Assembly (NCBI RefSeq): GCF_000143415.4
Contig: NW_003314288.1
Span: forward strand, 1-20,206
From: Selaginella moellendorffii
Lineage: Eukaryota > Plantae > Lycopodiophyta
Length of the DNA stretch: 20,206 nt
Direction of reading: 5' to 3'
Under the pieces are notes generated by a model, which saw nothing but the letters and a program-made list of their open reading frames with translations, did not search any database and was not told where the DNA came from. The translations under genes and the position numbers were made by a program. Positions 1 through 9,429 of this stretch are shown piece after piece. Numbering within the stretch: the stretch's first letter is position 1; the number at the start of each line of letters is the position of its first letter.

Positions 1-801
1 GTGGTCGCCTCGAATGTCATTGCCCCTCCAAAGCCTGCGGTCGCAAGTTGGCTCAAAAGAGACAGATTCACATTAATCACACGGGAGAAACTGCGGGATC
101 TAATAATGACCATGCGACACTTAAAACAGAGGGCCGGGTTCAATTTGCAATTGGGAGTTTGGACATCCATGATGCGCCACAATGCATTAACGTTGCTACA
201 GATGATGCACGATCAGACGCGAGTAATATTACCATTTGACTTTCTCCTAACGCAGGAGGATTGCTTGACTATGGTCCATGTGAGGGGTAGCAAGCCCATC
301 TTCGTCAAGCCAGAGGCTGTAGTGATGAACCGGACTGCTAGCTCAAGTGAAATCCTCATCATCGATGACTCGCCGATTAAAACTGCAGCGAACACGCACA
401 CATATGCAGTGCACCCCATCTCTTGCAGTATGGAAACTAGGGAGAAGAAACCGTATGTTCTGGGGGACCTTGCAAAACGGCTTGGAGCGATGGTGATAGA
501 GAACCGGCCAGTCCAGGAGGTGGCTGCAGAAATCAACCAAATGGCAGATGGAACGGTATATCAGAAGCCATTTGATCGGACAGACACCAGTCATCATTTA
601 TGGCATGTATATTGTCTAGCCAAGCACTATCCGCATCTCCATAATCTGCTCAACCGGATGGGTTCTTCGACCACTGAACATGAGCGTGGACATATTAGAG
701 AAGAGATGGCATTACTATTGGGTTTAAATCCTGATAGTGTGGAGAGTGATGAAATTCCAAGATTATTGTATAGGCGTTGGAGGCAAAAAATAACAGTCTG
801 A
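1..801 (+). CDS. FCP1-homology / NIF (NLI-interacting factor) HAD-superfamily phosphatase-like protein, 5' end outside window
   Basis: Frame open from base 1 to TGA at 799-801. Motif order matches NIF/FCP1 domains: R..L.D, LGVWTS, QEDC, K, ILIIDDSPIK..N..AVHP. The N-terminal DxDxT catalytic motif is not in the window. Confidence 0.7.
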   Translation: MVASNVIAPPKPAVASWLKRDRFTLITREKLRDLIMTMRHLKQRAGFNLQLGVWTSMMRHNALTLLQMMHDQTRVILPFDFLLTQEDCLTMVHVRGSKPIFVKPEAVVMNRTASSSEILIIDDSPIKTAANTHTYAVHPISCSMETREKKPYVLGDLAKRLGAMVIENRPVQEVAAEINQMADGTVYQKPFDRTDTSHHLWHVYCLAKHYPHLHNLLNRMGSSTTEHERGHIREEMALLLGLNPDSVESDEIPRLLYRRWRQKITV

Positions 802-1245
802 GATGGCATGTATTTATTTAAAAATGTAACTTATTATAGCATGGGGTTCCATGCAATTGTATTAATATTAAAAGACAATTCTTTGAGAGGATTTGCATTA
901 TACTAGAAGTGTTACAGCATGTTATTGGAAGTCTACGAAGTTGTTTTATTAATAATGGGAAGGTAAAGATTGAATGGGGACTTGGGCTCCACCTAGACTC
1001 GGAGCAACTGAGCCAATATTAAAAGGATGGAAAGAAATTGGACGACAATGACAAGGAGAAGAGAGAGGTGAAGCAGTGGCAGGGGGAGGAGAAGTGATTG
1101 AGTAGACATTTCCTTGTTTAAAATAAAATGGCATGTGCCTCAATGCAGTTGAATTTTGTTATATTTATATACTATATAAAGGTTTGGAAACCTTATTTTA
1201 CAAGTGGGATAATGACAATTCCCACTTTAACGAAATAGAGCTTAG

Positions 1246-3869
1246 TAGTCAGAAGCAATAATAACATACTCATTGCTAGCAGTTGATCGCGGAAAAGGTC
1301 CCATAAGATCAAACGCCACCAACTCAAACGAACGAGAAACTGCAATTGACTCCAACCGTCCTTCCATAGCACAAGGGGGAGTATTACGACCTTGGCACTA
1401 AACGCAGCTACGCACATACTGGATAATATCACGTCGCATCTCTGGCCAATAGAAAGATCTGCGCAACTTCTCGGTGACACGACGGTGTCCCATATGCCCA
1501 CCTAGAATAGGAGAATCATGGTAGGCATGGAGAAACCGCGGAATAAACACCGAAGGCACCACCAGCCGTAAATGAGCATCAGGATCCGTCCCCACAAAAT
1601 AAAGAAGGCCATCTTCAAGGCGATATTGAGAATGTAAATGCCGAAAAGGCAAGTCATCAGCAAGTGATGTAGGATTCTCAAACCCATCTCGAAGCCTTCG
1701 AATCCACGGCTCAATCTTTTGAGCCTCGCGAACCTCATCCAGAGAAGGTAGATCTTGCTCTACGCCCTGTGGACACTGAACGTCAAGGACAGCAACCGCC
1801 GACGGCACAGAATCCTCATCTAGAAAATCCACAGATGCTGGAACAACAGGTTCGTCAGAAACATGAGAAGTGAGTGGAGAAGGAAGAGGAGCTCGAGAAA
1901 GGGCATCAGCATCAGCCATAGAACTCCCTGGGCGATGAACAACATCAAAATCATATATCTGAAGCTTCAAAGCCCATCGAGCCGTACGACCAACCAGGTT
2001 CTTCCGCTTCAATAATGAAGTAACAGCAGCATGGTCACCTTCAAGTAACGTCCGAGAACCATGTAGATAGGCATGAAGTTTCTCGAAACCCCAGACTGCT
2101 GCTAAACACTCCTTCTCTGTCGTGGAGTAGTTCATCTCCGCTGGTTGTAATGTACGGCTTATGTATGCAATGGGATGGTGCTGACCAGGCACACTCGAGC
2201 TCTCTTGCATCAACACACCTCCAAGACCAATGTCAGAAGCATCCACGCGCAAAATAAAAGGTCGAGTGTAGTCAGGATATGCCAAAACCGGAGGAGTCGT
2301 CAATAGCTCTTTGAGATTCACGAACGCCCGCTCACAATCGGGAGACTAGATGAAAGATGACGTTGATGACTTCAGCAACGCTCGCAATGGTAAAGTGCGA
2401 TCGGAAAGATGATCCACAAAACGACCGAGATACTGCACCTTACCCAAAAAGCGCTGCACATCATTCACACACTTCGGAGTAGGGAACTTTAGAACAGCCA
2501 CAAGTTTGTCAGGATCAACTTGCAAACCCTCACGAGAAATACGGTACCCAAGATAAGTTGTGTCCTTGGACCCAAACACGCACTTCGACCGCTTCAGCTT
2601 TAAACCAACGTCGCGTAGCCGATCCAACACTTTACAAACAACACGAACATGCTCCTCCCACGTCCCCTCCGAGTGGATCAAGACATCATCAATGAAGTCA
2701 GCCGTCACCTCCGGCATATCACAAAGAACCTCGTCCATCATTTGCTGAAAAGTTGCTGGAGCATTGTTCAAACCAAACGGCATCACCAAAAACTCGTACA
2801 AACCAAATGGTGTACGAAAAGCAGTCTTAGGAATATCGTCTTTAGCCATTGGTACTTGCCAATACCCAAAAGCAAGATCTAGCTTGGTGAACTAACGACT
2901 TCGCCCCAGACGATCCAAGAGATCAGCAGTGTGAGGAAGAGGGTACACGTCCGGGATCGTCACTTCATTTAACGGACGATAGTCGATGCAGAAACGAATA
3001 CTCCCATCAGGCTTCGTCACAAGATGAGGTTCACATGCCCAAGGACTCCGCGACTTCCGAATAACACCCTTCTCCAACATCTCCTTGACGTTTGCACATA
3101 AAATCTTGATCTCCTTGGGTGACCGACGACGAACAGGAACCTTGATTGGACGAGCATCCCCGGTTGGAATGGGATGACGTGTGGCAATCTTGGCCCCAGA
3201 CGATAGGTCAAATTCAAAGAGATCAGAATACTCCTTCATGAGCTGGTCAACAGCTGCAACACAAAGATCATCGGAGGGATTGGAAAAGGGAAGAGCAGAA
3301 CAAGATGGAAACACAAGAGGAAATAATAGGGGAATAAAAGTAATGGAAGCAGAGGTAGAAATAGAGGGACGAAGAGGTACGGAAGTGAGAGGAATGGATG
3401 AAACATAAGGAAGTATGAGACAAGGGGGAAAAGCTTCAAAGTCACACTTGGCATGATTGTGCTGCAACCAATCCATACCAAGAATGAGGTCAAAAGCTTG
3501 ACTCGGCACCACCCGCAACGACTGCAACTCAAGCTCGAGATCGCCCACACGCACAACCAGGTCCGCCTCATCTCGTGCACATGCATGTGTACGGCCGTTG
3601 CCATAAAGAATGAAAACTGGATCCGCCGCACGACGCAAGTGTAGACGACAACGTGTGGCAACAGGTCGAGCAATAGAAGATAAACTCGAACCTGTATCAA
3701 CCAACACGGAGAGAAGAATAGGAGACCTCTTGTTATAAAAACGAGCTTGGAAAGTAAACACTGGATGAACCGGTGCCGAGTGAACCCCTTGATGATACTC
3801 CCGAAAGAAAGATGGAGGGGTCACTAACTTATTCGCGCAAGGTCCCTCCATTACTCGCGCGACTCCTCG
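1246..3869 (-). pseudogene. pol: Pol polyprotein (aspartic protease, RT, RNase H, partial integrase) with three in-frame TAG stops
   Basis: Protease LVDTGS and DLILGMDWL; RT RFCIDYRPLN, KTAFRTPFGLYEFLVMPFGL, FIDD; RNase H VDASDIGLGGVL, NYSTTEKECLAAV, ADALSR; integrase HHCC (HDSPILGGH..CV*C) and AFDLMGPFP. ORFs 2892-3986, 2346-2849 and 1398-2321 are one frame broken by TAG at 2892, 2346 and 1398. Confidence 0.93.
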
Positions 3870-3875
3870 TTTCCC
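3812..3875 (-). promoter_or_regulatory. -1 programmed ribosomal frameshift signal (G GGA AAC slippery heptamer plus H-type pseudoknot)
   Basis: The heptamer at 3875-3869 is in X XXY YYZ phase in gag, and a -1 shift enters the pol frame. After a 6-nt spacer, stem 1 is UCGCGCGAG/CUUGCGCGA and stem 2 is AUGGAGGG/CCCUCCAU. Confidence 0.85.
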
Positions 3876-4783
3876 GAATGCACCTCGGTATCCAAACCTT
3901 CCACCGCAGCAGCACCAACGGGACGTTGCTGACGCCAAGGTCTCCACCCAGGAAATGGAGGTCGCCAATCCGGAAAGTGCCGACAACGCCGATAAGTATG
4001 ACCAACTTCATCACACGCCCAGCAACGAATGTCACAGCCACGACCACGTCCTCGCCCTTGTCCTTGGACTCGAGTAGCAGCAGCATCAACCTCCATGGGA
4101 ACAGGACCATCACTCATAGGAAGTGGAGCTGAAGGACGTGTAGCAAGAAGTGGAAGAGGCGACGTCTCATAACGTTGTGCCAAGTGAAGAGCATCGTCAA
4201 GAGTGGCAGGAGCAAGTGCATGCACAAGTCCGACAAGATCTTGACGAAGTGCTGGCCACAGCATTCCTAGCTTGATCCGCTCCGACATATTTGGCTCCGC
4301 ACGAAGCAAAAGACTTCGGAAACGAATGCCAAATTGCATCACCGACTCAGATGGCCCTTGGCGAAGACGATGCAATTGTTGGAAGGCATCATCACAATCG
4401 TCGGCGTGTCCGAAGGCGCGTTTGAAGACGTCCGGAAGAACACTCCAATCGCCACGAGTAGCTGCACTCAATCCATTGTACCATTGCAATGCCGTCCCTT
4501 GAAGACATGTGGGGAACTCACGCAAACGTCGAGCATCATCCCAAGAATGATATGTGGCAATCACCGTGAAGTGATCGAACCAATGGTACACATCATCCTC
4601 AGGATTCCCATGAAAGAACTCCGGCCGAACGCGAGGATTGGCACCAAAAGCAGGAGGAGTTGTACCATGTGCCGTGAACGCCGCCATCAACTGAGTTTGG
4701 TTGTTCAATTGCAGGCGCATAGCATCAAGCAATTGAACCAACTGCTGCTCTAGAGTCAAAGGAGGAGATTGCGGATCGGCCAT
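3851..4783 (-). CDS. gag: Gag (Retrotrans_gag capsid plus CCHC zinc knuckle), intact 310 aa
   Basis: PEFFHG..W...F, LQGTALQWY, W..L...F, LRQGPSESV..F..RF, PMEVD, and the CWACDEVGHTYRRC knuckle (CX2CX4HX4C). Confidence 0.93.
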   Translation of the reverse strand: MADPQSPPLTLEQQLVQLLDAMRLQLNNQTQLMAAFTAHGTTPPAFGANPRVRPEFFHGNPEDDVYHWFDHFTVIATYHSWDDARRLREFPTCLQGTALQWYNGLSAATRGDWSVLPDVFKRAFGHADDCDDAFQQLHRLRQGPSESVMQFGIRFRSLLLRAEPNMSERIKLGMLWPALRQDLVGLVHALAPATLDDALHLAQRYETSPLPLLATRPSAPLPMSDGPVPMEVDAAATRVQGQGRGRGRGCDIRCWACDEVGHTYRRCRHFPDWRPPFPGWRPWRQQRPVGAAAVEGLDTEVHSGNEESRE

Positions 4784-4844
4784 GAAAATGAATGAGAAAG
4801 AAAGAGCAAAAGAAGAGAAATGACAAAAAGCTGGAAAGAAATGG

Positions 4845-4964
4845 TAGATCTAGACAATGCAAAAAGCTAGATCTAAACCAAAATCCTGAAAGGAAAGAAC
4901 AAAAGAAAGGAAATGGAAAAAGCTAGATCTAGACAATGCAAAAGCTAGATCTAAACCGAAATCC
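4845..4964. repeat. ~40-bp direct repeat (2 copies) in the retroelement 5' UTR
   Basis: TAGATCTAGACAATGCAAAA(A)GCTAGATCTAAACC(A/G)AAATCC at 4845-4886 and 4924-4964. Confidence 0.85.
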
Positions 4965-4999
4965 CAAATCCAAGCACTCCCTAGGGACAATTAAAGGTG

Positions 5000-5015
5000 C
5001 CCCTCACCTCCACCA
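5000..5015 (-). promoter_or_regulatory. Primer-binding site complementary to the tRNA-Ala 3' end
   Basis: Minus strand reads TGGTGGAGGTGAGGGG. Plus strand CCCCTCACCTCCACCA matches a plant tRNA-Ala 3' end (CCCCGCACCTCCA-CCA, recalled from memory) with one mismatch. Confidence 0.75.
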
Positions 5016-5016
5016 A

Positions 5017-5190
5017 TGTGAGTGCATGGAATATGGAAAGGGAATACAGAAATGTGCATATCAATTAACCCAAAAACCCTAGCTTATATACAAAAGCGAG
5101 TGGTCCGGATTGAAACCAATCCAACGGCTACCAAAATCCACTATGCTAATATTAGTATACGGCATCGTAGCCGTACACTTGGCCCTCACA
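5017..5190 (-). repeat. 5' LTR (174 bp) of the gypsy element
   Basis: Bounded by the inverted repeat TGTGAG...CTCACA, directly followed on the minus strand (1-nt gap) by the PBS. Contains a minus-strand TATATAAG (5083-5090) and a telo-box-like AAACCCTAG (5074-5082). Confidence 0.85.
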
Positions 5191-5316
5191 ATATTTATTA
5201 TATTATTTATAAAAATGAGTATTAAAATATCATACTTATTTTACACTTTTGTCTACACACATTTAAATTGTATCTTTCATAATCTGAACTTAAATGTGTG
5301 TGTGTGCCTATATATA

Positions 5317-5336
5317 TAAACCCTAAACCCTAAACC
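5317..5336. repeat. Short interstitial plant telomere-type repeat (CCCTAAA), nearly 3 units, next to (TG)n/(TA)n microsatellites
   Basis: TAAACCCTAAACCCTAAACC seen directly. Confidence 0.7.
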
Positions 5337-6060
5337 TATATAACAATGGATTTGAGTGTCATCCAAACATTCATCACTTTTTTCAATCACAAATCTATTT
5401 AAAAGAAAAGGAACTCATTCCATTGCTCTATTTCATCTGTATTCTAGAGTTTAGAAGAGAGCTTAATAAAACTATAGGAGCAAGAGATTTGTTGAGTTTA
5501 GCAATTCATGAAACTGCATATCATCATAGGGTCAAAACATCTTAGGAGTGGGTAAGAAAAGTGAAAAAGTTGGAAAGAACACAAGTATGCCACTCTTTTG
5601 AAAAAGAAAAACATTCATTTTTTTATAATTTCTTAGATCCTATCACAAGATTTACTATTCATTCAACTACAAAGCTCAGCCAGCACAATATGCATACACA
5701 AAACACATCACATGCCACTTCCTTGCCTGGTCAAAAAGCTATAACAAAAAATCAGCATACAACAAGGCAAAAGAACACAACTTATAAGAGCTCGTGTGCA
5801 AACACTCACAGCTCCTAGAGGCTATCCCATTCTAGGTTATCCTTGCAGCAAAACGTAACTATCTATTTCTATTTCAGATTTTTAACTAGACTTGCTTCCA
5901 GCCCGTGGTGCAGAAAAGTCTGGCAGCTCATGTACTTGAAAGTGTACCTGAAAGCCAATGACCTGGTTTGTTGAAGATCACCTCATCTACATTCCTCGTC
6001 AGGTTGAAAGAAAAAGAAATGTCTGACTTCTCTACTGTTTTTCTATGTATTGTAAGTCAG

Positions 6061-8020
6061 CCTCCAGCCAAAGCATGTAACCAAAAGCATGTGACTAGAA
6101 TATGGAATGAAGAATCAATAAAGAAGGCTATGCATGAGGTGGAAGAGTATGAGTATTGCATGTCTGAAAGAAAAGCTGCTCAAGAATTCAACGTACCTCA
6201 GATGACTTTGCGAGATCAGTTAAGGGGACGTAGCACAAGACAACCAGCATTCTTACATCATTGGAAGAAGAGTCTCTTGCATCTCTAGTCAAAGCTCGAG
6301 CTGAAATCGGTTATCCACTCACTTTCAATCAGCTAAAAGATGCAACAAAGTTGTTAGTTACTGGCAAAGTAACTACCTGGATAGAAGGAGGACCAAGTCG
6401 AAAATGGTGCAAAGGTTTTATGAAAAGACACCCAAAGACCAATAGCAAAGTCATTGAGGCCTTGAAGCTGCAACGAGCAAAGTTCTTGAATCAAGTAGTT
6501 GTGGCACAATTCTACAAAAACTTGGAAGCAACTTACACTGGAAACAAATATGAGGTAGATTACATTTGGAATGCTGATGAAATTGGTGTTCGGGTTAATC
6601 GTTTTGGAGATGTCAAAGTGTTGGCTGCTTGAAGTGCAAGATCTTATTACCAAATCATCCCAAACAACATAAAGCACATGACTATTCTAATGGCCATAAA
6701 TGCAATAGGTGGATGAATACTTGGCTTTTATATCTTCAAAGGTGAGTGGAGGATGCAAAATTGGATCACAGATTGTGGAGTTAAAGTTGCATTCGCCATC
6801 AGCAAGAAAGCCTAGATGATAGACAACTTGTGGCCATAGTGGCTTGAACACTTTGTGAAATCAGTACCTAGTGGATGCTCGTCTACAAACCACCATGCTC
6901 TCATTGTTGATAGCCATGAATCCCATGTCATAAAGGTTGCACTTGACATAGCGAGAATGTTAGGTGTGGATGTAATTCTTCTTCCATCACATATTTCTCA
7001 CCGCATGCAGCCATTAGACATTGCATGTTTTGGGCCATACAAGCATTACTTCAGGTAATGCGTGGATGAACACATTCTTGAACATCTAGGACACGAAGTC
7101 AATCGTCAAGATCTCACATAGTTATCCAGTAAAGCCATGGCTATAGCTTTGACACCTACAAACATTCAATCCGGTTTTAGAGCAAGTGGTTTATGGCTAT
7201 TGAACAAGAATGCTATGGACACTCACTTTGGTCCAAGTACACTCCATGCAATATCTCTCAACAACTTTGAAGTAGACTTCAAAAACACTTTGGAGTTGGG
7301 AGACCAAGAGATCAGTAGCCACCTCAATCATGAACTAGAACTTAAGCAAGATCTAGTGCAGCCTGAGTAGCATGAGGATCCAATGCAAGCTGAGGTCCAT
7401 TTACAGCATCTAGTGCAGCCTGAGTAGCAAGAAAGTAGTGATCATAACTAGCTTGAGCATCATGAACTTCCTAGACAACTTGAGCAGCTAGGTAAAAAGC
7501 ACTTCTCAATTCTCATTCACTTACAACTTTGTTTTCTAGGAGCTTCGCTAGAGCATCGAGCTGAGCAAGGCGAGGAATACGTGGATGTGCCTGGATGGCA
7601 ATCAGAAAATAACAGGGTGGCATACCTGCATGCAAAATTATTTTTAGGGGTGTCTTGGACTTGGACTAGTGTTGCAAGCTAGTGTTGGAACTATTTTAAC
7701 AAGTCCAGAATTCACTAGTGTTGTTGAAGCAATTGCCACTACAAAAGAAGCACATGAGAAGTAGAAAAAATTGGAAGCAATTGAAAGGGCTACAAGGAAA
7801 AAGGAAAGAGAAGAAGCAACAATAAAAAAGAAAGAAGCAACAGCCATCAAGAAAAAGAGAGGGAAGAAGCAGCAGCTAGAAAAGCTGAAGCAGTAGAGAA
7901 GAAAAAATTGGAAGCCTTGAAAAAAAAAAAAGGGAGAAAGAAGAGGAAGCAATGAGAAAAAAAATAAGAGAAAGAATGAAGTCCTAAAATCTCTAATGCC
8001 AAGCAAACACCAAAAAAAAA
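6061..8020 (+). pseudogene. pogo/Fot-like (Tc1-mariner/pogo) DD35D transposase pseudogene
   Basis: Pipsqueak-type HTH (W.EE.IKKAM..MSERKAAQEFNVPQMTLRD), CENP-B/Tc5 HTH (EEESL..GYPLT..PSRKWCKGFMKRHP) and DDE_1 core (WNADE D at 6576, IVDSHESH D at 6909, MQPLD D at 7017; 35 aa between D2 and D3). Then NIQSGFRASGLW and a K/E-rich tail starting ILTSPEF. One frameshift near 6240-6260 and several stops. TIRs not found. Confidence 0.88.
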
Positions 8021-9429
8021 GGTAACAAATTTGCTTGTTTTCACTCTCATTGTCCCATACCGCCCTCACTCCTCCTCGCGGCAACAAATGGACAATATTA
8101 GGGCCATTGATGGATATTGGGCCATAAATGGATAGATTTAGGATAAGTTTAGACTTTTTGGTAATGAGCAGCTTTTAAGATTTTGTGAGTAGTTTTTTCT
8201 AAAAATATATTATAATAGTGCCAAACTTTCTGGGCCACTGGATCTAGCCAATTGCTACCATTCGATGAGGGGTAATTGTAAAGGGATTATTTATTTAACC
8301 ACGTCTTAACGAATAATTGTGCTGATGTTTGCTCTTGGCCAATGGGAGGTGGCCAAACTGTGTGAGGTGAGAGAGGAGGTGCAGCGACATGTGTCACATG
8401 AAATGTGTTGACCATGACTGCACCTGTCCTCTGTCTTGTCAAGTGAAAAAGTTTGATGACCAGCCTATGTCTTTCCTGAAATTGTGATTTTTCATGAGAT
8501 CTTTTGAATTTAAAATTTTCCCGCAGAAATCACCACCGTTGCTCCAAGCATAGAGGATCTTTGCCGCTGCTTTAGGGAAAGGGCATAGCCCTAGAGGAGA
8601 GCAATGCACTCGAGTAAATGGTTAGTGAAGCTGCAACTCTCAAATCTCCCACTCAAAGATCTCCCGCTCAATTGCCATAGCAATCCCTGTGGGAACAGGT
8701 GCCATCAGCAGGTCTGGAGTCATGGGCTCTAGATCCACCACAAGATCCTCCCGAGCCCCCAGCGGCAGTAACTTTGCCAGCCATGACAGAGATGAGTGTG
8801 GCCACTAGAGAGGAGCTGGAAGATGCCAGTTAGCCTTTCTTTATGTACCTCACCAAATGATAAGGCAACTCTTTGTTTGTAATGATGTATTCATGATGTA
8901 TTGATCGGGTGGTTACCTTAGTATTAATACAAACAGATTAAACACCTTTATAAATCTTTTGACTAACAACAAACATAGTTTATTAGGTTAATTTGTATTT
9001 AACATATAATTTTTTTCTTAGTTTTACCTAGTAGTATTAGTTTTCTTAATATTTATTATTCTATATTCTAAGTAAAGCACATAGCAAAGTAATTCATTGC
9101 TACATTAATTAATTTAGATGTTTGAGAGTAAGGGTACATACAATTTTTTATTTCTAGGTTAGACTTTAGTTTTTCAATAGTGCCCTTTTGTGGCCATTTA
9201 AACGTTAAATATTTTATTTATCTTTTTTATCCTCAGTTGCGGACAAAGAAATGGTGTAATAAAAATCAATTTTCCTATGCGTTAGTGGCTGCCATGTTTC
9301 CTGACGAAAGCTAAATGGGTGAGATATTGCAGCTCCGCAGGATCATGGTGACCTCGACTTGGATCCGAGCAGCGCTGAAACAAACGAGTACAATTAGCAC
9401 AAGCAAATCCTCAAGAGCTTTCACGTAGC

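Larger units (their letters stand above)
1246..5190 (-). mobile_element. Ty3/gypsy LTR retrotransposon, 3'-truncated or interrupted within integrase
   Basis: On the minus strand: 5' LTR, PBS, gag, then PR-RT-RNaseH-INT (gypsy order). Homology stops right after the integrase motif YVIIASDY at ~1246. No 3' LTR copy is visible in the window. Confidence 0.95.

Noticed and set aside
1161-1170. ATATT as target-site duplication matching 5191-5195
   Set aside because: No 3' LTR adjoins it and the match is low-complexity AT sequence.
2683-2697. FIDD instead of YxDD in the RT active site
   Set aside because: F at this position occurs in other retroelements (e.g. FMDD in Athila); not unusual by itself.
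1398-2894. Programmed TAG readthrough in pol
   Set aside because: The three TAGs fall within conserved domains at positions best explained by W/Q codons mutated by C>T transitions, so this is ordinary decay.
7644-8087. Hydrophobic F/L/S-rich minus-strand ORFs resembling membrane proteins
   Set aside because: They are the antisense of the A-rich, K/E-coding transposase tail.
8520-8835. GC-richer exon-like stretch
   Set aside because: Stops in the frames examined and no recognisable motif; cannot be assigned.
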